Shown piece after piece: positions 1-11,700 of a stretch of 64,000 nt of DNA. How positions within the stretch are numbered: the first letter of the stretch is position 1; every line of letters starts with the position of its first letter. The notes beneath the pieces were generated by a model. It did no database searches. It saw only the letters and a list, made by a program, of their open reading frames with translations, and was not told the DNA's origin. The translations under genes were made by a program, and so were the position numbers. Location of the stretch: the NCBI GenBank assembly GCA_002269645.1, contig NIVC01000932.1, positions 186,001 to 250,000 on the forward strand, written 5' to 3'. Source of the DNA: Macrostomum lignano (lineage: Eukaryota).

Positions 1-499
1 CTACGACGAGATGTCACGTTTAAAGTCGCCAGAAAGTCGTCAAAGATTCGCCTAAGAGTCAGTTTGAGGCGTTCTACTGTCTGTGACACTGAAACGACTC
101 CGAGATCGTAGAGTCGTGTCTGAGGCATTCTAGAGTCGCTGTAGAATAACCGAGTTGCGTCATCTGAGTAACTTCATGAATTAGAATCGCATTTCGCATT
201 TATAACAAATCTATTTAGTCTACTTGAGTTAGTAAAAACATAAGCGCTAACACGAATCTTAGACGACTTTACAACTCTGCTCGTAACTCAGCAGTCACCT
301 CTCCGAGCGCATTACAGTCGTTGAGTCGTTAAAAAGTCACAAGAGTCGCTAGAGTCACTAGTGAGTTTTCAACGACTCCTTAGCGATTCTTGTTACGCTC
401 CTCGGGGTATCCCAGTACTCTGAAACAGTTGAGTCTATTAATAAACTGCTTAGGTTCATTGCTAGCCTGCTAAGTGAAGCTGAGGAGCCAGCGCCTTAC

Positions 500-2911
500 C
501 TCAAAGTAGCTCTGTACAGCGTTGCTAAACGCTTCGTCGGCCACGATGCCGCTCTCGCCAGCCAGGAACACCTGGAACCTGTCGCGAACCTGTTTCAATT
601 GACTTTGAGTCACTTTCAATTGCCGCCTAGCCATATCAGTTGGCTGCTTGGCGCTGAATGGATACGCTATGCAACGCATCACCAAGGCGTAGAGCAACAG
701 CCGCTGCCGTCTGTCGGCTTCTTCATCGACCTCCTCCGGCTCGGCCTTAGTCGGTGCTGTCGTCGCGACATTCTGACTGCTACCAGACGGACTGGGCGTT
801 CTCTGCTGCACCTGAGGCTGCTCACTTGTCGAATGCCGACCGGAGCTGGGAGTGGCGCGCCGCCCGCCAGCCGCTGCGACGTTGTTGCCGGGCGACTGGG
901 GCGGCGGAGAGCCTGCCGAGGCTTGGAAGGGACGAGGCGGCGAGATCAAAGGTTTAATAACAGTTTGATAACTAATGGAGTACTACTGACACTAGCTATA
1001 ATGTACTGATACTAGCTTGATCCTACTGACACTATCGACATTCTACTGACACTAGCTAAATTCTTCTGACACTAGCAATAATCTACTGACACTAGCTAAA
1101 TTCTTCTGATACTAGCTTGATCCTACTGACACTACCGACATTCTACTGACACTAGCGAGGTTCTAGCAACATTCTATTAACCGAAACTAATCTAAAGACA
1201 CAAACTAAACTAAAGACAAACTAATCTAAAGACACAAACTAAAGACAAACTAATCTAAAGACACAAACTAAACTTCAGCAGGCGATGTAGGAGCCAGTAG
1301 TTTTCACTGACAATCAACCAACCGAACCAACCAATACTAATGAAGTAATTCCAAAATAGACCAGCCTTATTCCCATTAAAAGCTGTTGACAGGACGCACC
1401 CGGTAGAAAAAGGAGAGATACAATTAGAAAAGATTTTGTAGCATATACCGGTACTCGTAGAAATTCTAAAACGCGTTGAAAGCCAGAAAAAATCCAAAAA
1501 GTTATAAAAGATGTAGCTCCCTTCTTCCCTACTCTAATTCACTCTCACAGCTGATGTTAGCTTTCTATTCTAGATGTAGTATGCTAGTAGTCAGAATATT
1601 GAGCTACTGACACTAGCGAATGTACTTTTGTTCATTGACTTACGACTTTAAGTATTGACAGACACGAGGATGTCAATCAGTTATGTCGCAAAATTTCGAC
1701 ATCAAAAACTTGGACTGTTTCTTCTGCCAGATTTTTGAGTGAATTGCTCGCATCTAGACGAGCTCGAGATTTTGCTTAAACTCAGTCTATTGACACTTGC
1801 GTCACTCTACCGATACTGGCGACATTCCAGTGACACTACCGACATTCTACAGACGACACTAGCGACGTTCTAGTGACACTAGCGACATTCTAGTGACACT
1901 AGCGACATTCTACAGACGACACTAATGACATTCTAGTGACACTAGCGACATTCTACAGACGACACTAATGACATTCTAGTGACACTAGCGACATTCTAGT
2001 GACACTAGCGACATTCTAGTGACACTAGCGACATTCTAGTGACACTAGCGACATTCTACAGATGACACTAACGACATTCTAGTGACACTAGCGACATTCT
2101 ACTGACGACACTAGCGACATTCTAGTGACGACACTAGCGACATTCTACTGACGACACTAGCGACATTCTACTGACGACACTAGCGACATTCTAGTGACAC
2201 TAGCGACATTCTAGTGACACTAGCGACATTCTACAGATGACACTAACGACATTCTAGTGACACTAGCGACATTCTACTGACGACACTAGCGACATTCTAG
2301 TGACGACACTAGCGACATTCTACTGACGACACTAGCGACATTCTACTGACGACACTAGCGACATTCTAGTGACACTAGCGACATTCTACTGACGACACTA
2401 GCGACATTCTACAGATGACACTAACGACATTCTAGTGACACTAGCGACATTCTAGTGACACTAGCGACATTCTACTGACGACACTTGCGACATTCTAGTG
2501 ACGACACTAGCGACATTCTACTGACGACACTAGCGACATTCTAGTGACACTTCCAACATTCTAGTGACACTAGCAACATTTTAGTGACGACACTAACGAG
2601 TGGAATGCAACAGAAACTTTCTACAAGATCCAAAGTCCCTCTCTAGGAAATTCACCGTCTCGAGTTCCAGCAGATCTGTTGGAGTCCATTCGGGCAGCGG
2701 GAGCCGGACCAGATGAAGGCGAGGGCGACGCCCCAGTAGGTCCTGACGCCGACGCTTGCGGCTGCTGCTGCTGGCCAGGTCCAGAGCCGGTTGGTCGACG
2801 CGACGGCGAAGAACTGAACACCGCCGCCTGCTTTGCGGCCACAATGTGCGGCGCGGTTGGCGGCGGCGGGGACGAATAGTCCTCATCGTCTGATGATGAG
2901 TCGCGCAGCAT
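500..2911 (-). CDS. CADPS: Calcium-dependent secretion activator CAPS/UNC-31, 5' part (coding exons 2656-2911 and 500-~921; gene continues beyond the left window edge)
   Basis: N-terminus [11 protein letters not shown] resembles CAPS MLDPSSSEEE. Exon 2 encodes [30 protein letters not shown]...[29 protein letters not shown], the conserved CAPS N-terminal block. Donors GTGAAT (2655) and GTAAGG (499); phase-1 acceptor at 921 or 912. Confidence 0.9.
975..1165. repeat. Degenerate CTACTGACACTAGC-based tandem repeat (CAPS intron 1)
   Basis: Repeated CTACTGACACTAGC cores; followed by AAACTAATCTAAAGACAC repeats to ~1270. Confidence 0.8.
1800..2595. repeat. Minisatellite, 20/23-bp units GACACTAGCGACATTCTAGT(GAC) (CAPS intron 1)
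   Basis: Directly visible tandem units. Confidence 0.95.
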
Positions 2912-5795
2912 CTGCTGGCAGCTGGACTACTGAGGAAGACTTTCTGTGTGTCAGTGTGTGATTGAAGATTCTAACTATTAATCTGATGAAGAGGCAAGCG
3001 TCCGAGATGGCGAAGGTTCGCCTCGCGAGGTTTGCTGGCTCCTGCGGCTTGTGCCGTATAGTGGCCGAGGTCTGCAATAGTTGCAGTGTGGCAGTGAAGC
3101 AGTGTACCGAACTGCCAACCAAGGACTAAAGTCAAAAAGATTATAGCTACTTATATTATTGATTACTAAAATAAAAGCATATAATGAAGTAAAATCTTCA
3201 ATAGAACTGACCCAAACAATATCAAATAAAGAATTACTACACAAACTTAGCAAAAAAGATTTAATTTATAAAAAATCTATGAAAATTGAACAATTTTTAA
3301 ACAAACAAAATAATAGTATTTGGGAAAGCTGGTTTATTTTTTTATCCATATATAACATTAAAATATATTATTTAGCTATAAAAAGGACAAGATTTTTGTG
3401 TTATTTTAATTGATATATTTATGTTTAGTCCAAAAACACCAGCTTATGCAAAAAAGATACAAGATCAAGATCTATACTGGCTATAGATCTATAAATAAAG
3501 TTGCATAAAAATCTATGATGAATTTTTCTTAACCAAAAAGTGTGCAAGACAATCCATAATAAATATAATATATGCTGTTCTATATCTATCTAATTGTCTA
3601 ACTGGGTTTTATCTGATATTCTGATTGTCTAAGTCAGTCAACATCATTAATTTACACAATTTAATACACACACATGCAATACTTGGCTGACCCAGCCAAT
3701 CCATTCAGGTGACAGGGTGGCCAAGATAGGTATATCACAAAACTGATAAAGGATTAACTATGCATCAAAAACTATAAAAGGGTAGGGCCTATATATAAAA
3801 AGAATACATGAAAAGTAAATAAAGCAAGAGAAAAGCATAGAAAATGGAAAAAAGAAAAAAACGAATCAAAAGAAAAAAAAATAATAGTTAAAGCCAAACA
3901 AAAAATGATTTTAATTGCATGCAGAGCAAAACTATATTACATATATTACATAAGTTTCATAGAAAATTATGTTGCACTGGTTGGGTAAACTTGAAGAGGT
4001 TGCATATATATATATATCAGATATATACCTAGAAACCCTACAAGCCTTTAATTTTTTTATTTTAATTAACCTAAATTTAGTCAAATTTTAGTCCATCATG
4101 TCTAGCTTCAGTTTAGACCTACTTGAACAAAATTATTTATAGTAATAATATTTTTATTAGGGCATAAAATTAAATTACAAGCTATATTACTTAGGGAAAA
4201 AACTATTAAAAGTAATACTATAAAATAATCACAAAGCAGACACATTTGGGATATTTATAGGCCTAGGGCAATAATAAAACTTAACCAATGAGTATTGTAT
4301 GATAATGTTAAGAATGTAGACAAGTGAGTAAAATTTAATGTGACTGTCTCTTATAAATTAATATTACTGTAATTTCATTCAATTCGAAAGTCAAATTCAT
4401 GTTTTTTTCATTGAGAATAGTGTAATATTATCATCTATGCATCAGCTATTTTTCAATTCAAAATCTAGGCTTATAAGTTCTCACAACTTATGAAAATATC
4501 CTATAATTCTTGCGGTAAGTACACTAGGATTATAAATATGAACTATCCAATAGTCAATACAATACACATTATAGTCCCTAGTGGTCTTTGTTTGATTGTT
4601 TGTTGCAGCTTTTGTAATTTATGCTCTTTTTTCTGTAATAGTTTTAAAACTTGGAAATATCAGTTGGTAAATAATATAAAAACTTGAAAATTGGGAAACA
4701 TTAGTATATCGAAAGAGATAAAATCCAATTGATTTTCATTAGCGTTTACAAAGCAACTGTAGGTTGCAATAAGTACGAATTTATATTTAACTTTTCGTGT
4801 AAGTTAAATTTGTTCTTTATAAACACGTTTACCAGTATAACAATTTTTAAAAAGATTTTTGAAGTAAAAATGAGTATTTGAAAGCATTATTTTCCCTTCC
4901 TTTATTTATTTTATAAGTTTGTTTTGCTTGTCTGGTATGGTTGTATATTTCAAAACATAATACGCTGCGAATAGCATTATCGCTGACTGATGGTAAATAG
5001 AGCACGTTATTTCTGCTTTTGAGCTAAAAATAATTCAGCCTGATAAGATATAAACAATTTAAAAATTTTTTTATTTACAAACTAATATTTCATTAGATTT
5101 CAGGAATTACCGTTATTTGACGCAGTCGTTCCTTGCATAAAATGTCAATTTACTCATCAAGGATTTGTGGAAGGCCGTACATTTAACAGTTCTTTATACT
5201 ATCATGTGTAGTTAAGTTAGTATAAAAGTACTAGATATCAACAGATAAAGAGATTCTAGACTTTGTACTTATCAGGAATATTCTGTGTGATTTTTTCTTT
5301 AAATAATTGGGAGTATTTATCGCAAAGAATCGATCAAGATCGATTGGATACGCTTGTAATGCTAACTACGTAAAGGGAAATTGTTTTCAGTACCATATTT
5401 GTTAGTTTCTATAAATATGAGCATATGAACCCTGGATTATACGGATCTATCTGGAAAAACAATTCATAATAAAGAGAGCAACAATTACTTATCGTGGAAG
5501 CATAGCGTTCCAAAATATGGAAATTTATTAATCAAATGCATTTGAAGTATGCAAAGAATAGAAAACATATGCCTTAGACAATCTAGATATACAACTAGAT
5601 AAAAATTTGCTACCCTAAATGCAGCACAAAGCAAGTATAGTTCAATTTCATTCGTTCCCGTGTCATAGGCAAGTTGACTTCACGAAAACCAACGATGAAA
5701 ATTCACTATCGTGCACAAAGAGATTAACTGAACAAAAAAACAGCTGTTATGGCTTGATTATTTGATTTTCAAATTGCGTCATTGATTTGAGTAGG

Positions 5796-8700
5796 CTAGC
5801 AACGTTCAAACACCCGGTACATATCCTGCAGGCTCACTAGCTTGCCCATTGCGCGCGAGTTCCGACAGTCCGTGTCCGGCTTGAACTGGGCCCGCATCGA
5901 GGGGAACAGGGCCAGCTCAACGCTTCGCTCTATCGGATCTCGGCGAGCTGTTGAAGCCTGCGAGGCTTGAGTCGAATGTGGCGCCGCATCGTCCTCGGCG
6001 CCTGGCTCCGGTGCGGCAGCGCCGGGAAATGGCGCCTTCAGAGCGTAGAATTTGGCCGTCTCGCGGCAGAAAGTCTCAAAGCAGGCCGACTCCGTGTTCC
6101 AGTCCACTTTGGTGGCCAGCCGGAGCAGGTAGACACCAAGGTAGTCCAGGTCGGGCTGGATTCAACAGGATGTTGCAACATGTCCAGCATGAAAACTCTA
6201 GTAATGCACTTTTAAGCCTACCAACCATTCCAGATCTTAGACCTCCCAAGAGTTTCAAACTCGGCACTTCAAATCTAGGGCCAAACCCTCGACACTCCAG
6301 ATTGTATCTTGGCACCCTAGAGTCGATCTCGACACTCCAGATTGTATCTTGGCACCCTAGAGTCAATCTTGACACTCCAGATTGTATCTTGGCACTATAG
6401 GGCCAAACCCTCGACACTCCAGATTGTATCTTGGCACCCTAGAGTCAATCTTGACACTCCAGATTGTATCTTGGCACTCTAGGGCCAAACCCTCGACACT
6501 CCAGATTGTATCTTGGCACTCTAGGGCCAAACCCTCGACACTCCAGATTGTATCTTGGCACCCTAGAGTCAATCTTGACACTCCAGATTGTATCTTGGCA
6601 CTCTAGGGCCAAACTCTCGACACTCCAGATTGTATCTTGGCACCCTAGAGTCAATCTTGACACTCCAGATTGTATCTTGGCACCCTAATGTCAATCTTGA
6701 CACTCCAGATTGTATCTTGGCACCCTAGAGTCAATCTCGACACTCCAGATTGTATTTTGACACTCTAGGGTCAAACTTGGCACACCAGATTGTATCTTGG
6801 TACATATCCTAAATTGACAACCTAGATAGCTTTTTAAACTACAGCCAGGTTAAAACTTACCTGAAATTTTTTGAGAAGAAGCGGCAGACTGAGAACATTA
6901 CCATCGGAATCTATTTCCATCGAGAAGTAATCAAGCAGCATCATTGACCTGAATGAGTGTGCAGTGAAAATTGGTGAATATTAAATTAAAATAGTAATGT
7001 AATACAATGATTTGCCATGATCTTTTTTTCATTAGAACAATCTAGTGCGTGAATGGTACATCTAGTGGGTGAATAGCACAGCAGACTGTGTGAAGGGCAC
7101 AGCAGACTGTGTGAATGGCACAGCGGAGTCTGTGAATGGCACAGCAGATTGTGTAAATGGCACAGCAGAGTGTGTGAATGGCACAGCGGACTGTGTGAAA
7201 CGGACAACAGACTGTGTGAATGGCACAGCAGAGTGTGTGAATGGCACAGCAGATTGTGTAAATGGCACAGCAGACTGTGTGAATGGCACAGCAGACTGTG
7301 TGAATGGCACAGTAGACTGTGTAAATGGCACAACAGACTGTGTGAATGGCACAGCAGACTGTGTGAATGGCACAGCAGATTGTGTAAATGGCACAGCAGA
7401 CTGTGTGAATGGCACAGCAGACTGTGTGAATGGCACAGCAGACTGTGTGAATGGCACAGTAGACTGTGTAAATGGCAAAGCAGACTGTGTGAATGGCACA
7501 GCAGACTGTGTAAATGGCACAGCAGACTGTGCGAAAGGTACAACAGACTGTGTGAATAGCAAAGCAGACTGTGCGAAAGGGACAACAGACTGTGTGAATG
7601 GCACAGCAGAGTATGTGAATGGCACAGCAGACTGTGTGAATGGCACAGCAGACTGTGTGAATAGCAAAGCAGACTGTGTGAATGGCACAGCAGACTGTGT
7701 GAATGGCACAGCAGACTGTGTAAATGGCACAGTCTAGCGTGAAAATGTCACAGCAGAGTGTGTGAATGGCACAACAGATATGTGAATGGTACAGCAAAAT
7801 TGTGTGAATGGCACAACAAAGTGTGTGAATCGTACAGTCTGGTGTGTGACATTCCAAAACAGCAAACAATGCAGCAGGCACGATAGTCACCTAGACTGCA
7901 GCACGGTCAGGAACCGTTCAATCAATTGCTCAGCGCCAGCTGTGGAGCAGTCGGGCCCGGCCAGTGTCCGGTAAGCGGGGCTGGACAGCAGGGCGGTCAA
8001 CAGTCGTCGCACGGGCGCCGGTTCGGACAGAGCCAGCACTTCGAAATTGCCGAAATCGCGGCACATGACCTGGTAAAAGTACTTCTCTGACAGCAGCTGC
8101 ATGTTGAGCAAGAGCAGGTCGCAGTCGCACTGGGCCAGGGCCAGCCGTCTGTCGATGCAGCCAACGAAGACCAGCTTGCGGAACTGGGCGCAGAGCTCGG
8201 CGTCAGCCTGCGCCTCGACTGAGCGCTGCATTCTGAACACGCACTGCAACCTCATCACCCGCCGATGCTGGCCCGGAGACGGCGCCGCGATAGCGGCTGC
8301 AAACAGGGGGGGGGCGGTTGAAGGTCAGCTCCTCTCACAGAGAATCCAGATCCTCTTAAGCATCCCGAGACCGGCATTTGTACTCTGAATTATTTCTTGG
8401 CACTCCTAACTCTATCTTGGCACTCCTAACTCTATCTTGGCACTCCTAACTCTATCTTGTCACTCCTAACTCTATCTTGGCACTCCTAACTCTATCTTGT
8501 CACTCCTAACTCTATCTTGGCACTCCTAACTCTATCTTAGCACTCCTAACTCTATCTTGGCACTCCTAATCCTACCTTGTCACTCCTAACTCTACCTTGG
8601 CTCTCCTAATCCTACCTTGTCACTCCTAACTCTATCTTGGCTCTCCTAACTCTATCTTGGCACTCCTAACTCTATCTTGGCACTCCTAATCCTACCTTGT

Positions 8701-11700
8701 CACTCCTAACTCTATCTTGGCACTCCTAATCCTACCTTGTCACTCCTAACTCTACCTTGGCACTCCTAACTCTATCTTGGCACTCCTAATCCTACCTTGT
8801 CACTCCTAACTCTATCTTGGCACTCCTCATCCTACCTTGTCACTCCTAACTCTACCTTGGCACTCCTAACTCTATCTTGGCACTCCTAATCCTACCTTGT
8901 CACTCCTAACTCTATCTTGGCACTCCTAACTCTATCTTGGCACTCCTAATTCTACCTTGGCACTCCTAACTCTATCTTGGCACTCCTAATCCTACCTTGG
9001 CACTCCTAACTCTATCTTGGCTCTCCTAATCCTATCTTGTCACTCCTAACTCTATCTTGGCACTCCTAATCCTACCTTAGCTCTCCTAATTATCTTTTGG
9101 CACTCTTAACTCTACCTGGGAACTTCTAGCTCTACCTTGGCACTCCTGATTCTACCTTGGCACTCCTAACTCTACCCGGGCACTCCTAGCTCTACGTTGG
9201 CACTCTAATCCTATCTTGGCATTCCAGATACTGACACTGGCATCGTGGATTTTACTCCTTGACAACTTGGAATCCCAGAGCATTAGTTAATGCTTAAGGA
9301 CACTTGCACTTGCAGCACTCAGTGCTATTGTATAAATAGTAGCTTAGTCTTTTCTAGTCTAACAACAGTAAGAACATCACACGTACCCGAGTGGGAGCTG
9401 CCAACTAGCTGGACTGACGTCTGTGTCGGAGACTGCCTCACACAATCGGCGCCTTTATCTGGAAAATATGTTAAAGACTATTTACCTATAGGCCGAGAAA
9501 TATATAAAAGTACAATATTAAAACTAACAAATGATCAAAACTGTTGCGTACCAATGACGATACTCGCTGAATTAGCTGCCGTTAAGTTGGCGGCACCAAA
9601 TAATGGCCTGGACTGCCGCGGTTCCCCGTCAGCATTGTTGTCCTCATCTGGCGCTGAAAATTAAAGTTCAGCAGTGCATTCTTAAGTTAGCCTATGGCTG
9701 GTAATTTTCTCAGCTCAGGTAAGTTGAGCATCGCCGGTCCCTGAGTCAAATATCTCCGGTCCCTGAGTCAAACGTCTCCGGTCCCTGAGTCAAACACCTC
9801 CGATGCCTGAGTCAAACACCTCCGATGCCTGAGTCAAACACCTCCGATGCCTGAGTCAAACATCTCTGGTCCCTGAGTTAAACATCTCCGATGCCTGAGT
9901 CAAACGTCTCCGATCCCTGAGTCAAACATCTCCGATCCCTGAGTCAAACACCTCCGATCCCTGAGTCAAACATCTCCGATCCCTGAGTCAAACATCTCCG
10001 GTCCCTGAGTCAAACACCTCTGGTCCCTGAGTCAAACATCTCCGGTCCCTGAGTCAAACACCTCCGGTCCCTGAGTCAAACATCTCCCGGTCCCTGAGTC
10101 AAACACCTCCGATCCCTGAGTCAAACACATCTGACCCTCAGTCAAACAACTCAAACCCCCAAAACTCGATCAAAACTTGACTCAAACCGACATTAATGCA
10201 TCGAATATGAAACAGAAGATATCCCTTCTCAATCTCTACTCTCGCATGTCCCCAACCATACCCTACCGAACGCCACCGCACCTTCACCGCTATCAGCGCC
10301 CAATTTGGGCCGTTTCTGTGCCGGTCCAAAGAATGCTTCAATGTTGGTGACGCCCGGCTCAACTCGAGATCGAATAACACTCTGCGATGATGACGCGGAC
10401 TGCGACAGCTGCTGCGAAGCTGCTGCCCGAGGAACTGGCGACTGTTTCTGCTGTTGTTGCTGTTGCTCTTGCTTGTTGGATGGCAGCACTGACTGTACTA
10501 GAAAAGTCATACTCTGCCTACCAGCGGCCAGTGCTGCTACGATGCGGGATTGTATCTGTGAGATGTGCAACATTTTAGTACAAAATTTAATTATATCATT
10601 CGACACTTAAGGCCATAGACAATTGCAATACATTCTACACTTGAAGCCATAGACAATTGCAATTAATACGACACTTGAAGCCATAGACAATTGCAATACA
10701 TTCTAAACTTGAAGCCATAGACAATTAAAATACATTCTAGACTTGAAGCTATAGACAATTGCAATTCATTCTACACTTGAAGCCATAGACAATTGCAATA
10801 CATCCTACACTTGAAGCCATAGACAATTGCAATACATCCTACACTTGAAGCCATAGACAATTGCAATTCATTCTACACTTAAAGCCATAGACAATTGCAA
10901 TACATTCTACACTTGAAGCCATAGACAATTGCAATTCATTCGAAACTTAAAATAATCTAATCCCCAAATAAATTACCGCATCCGCGATGGCGTCCTGATG
11001 CAGAAAGAACACCTCATGCTTGGTGGGGTGCACATTAACATCAACATTGTGCGGCGCAATCTGCAGGCTGACGTAGGCGAACGGCTGTGCACCTCGAGGC
11101 AGCGCCTCCGTGAATGCGGACTCCATGGCGCGGCGCAGCCGGGCGGACTCCACCAGCCGGTGGTTGATGAACAGCACTAGCTGAGTTTTGCGCCCGGCAA
11201 ATGACGGTCCGGTCACAAAGGCGTCCAGACTGAACTCCAACCGCTTGTCCTCGTGGTTCACGTGTATTAGAGCGTCGGCCGCTTCGGCACCGACCATCAG
11301 GCGAATGTTTGCGGCTACCGTGGAATCGGCTGGCGTCTTCAACGCTGTCAGACCGTCGGAGCCGGCCTTGCGAACCGACATGCCGACACGGGGATAGTGC
11401 AGCGAGTACAGGCTCACGACCTGGGTGGGGGGGGAGGATTCAGAGAAGACGTGGGGAGGTGTAGACAGTTAACAAAACATTTTTCACACCAAACCTTTCG
11501 CTCATACGTCTATCAAACGATCACGTGCGCTGAAGACGTTGCCTACTATCGAGTAGTAAGAAAAGCATGCAAAAGCAAATACGAGGGATACTCCAAAAGT
11601 TTTGCAATTCAACCACTTGCGCAAGTCGCACAATCTTCAAAACCAACTCTCTGTACAATAAACATGTACATAGTCCCCACCTCAATTTTCAAGTGAATTC

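Noticed and set aside
3159-5700. AT-rich ORFs between CAPS and MLH1 (3159-3413, 4490-4687)
   Set aside because: Low-complexity Lys/Ile/Asn ORFs in very AT-rich spacer DNA, unlike the GC-rich exons here; no motifs.
7042-7890. Long ORFs on both strands, including (NGTADCV)n resembling an ice-binding beta-solenoid
   Set aside because: They arise from a stop-free 21-bp minisatellite inside MLH1 intron 7, are open in most frames, and lack an ATG start and unique flanking coding sequence.
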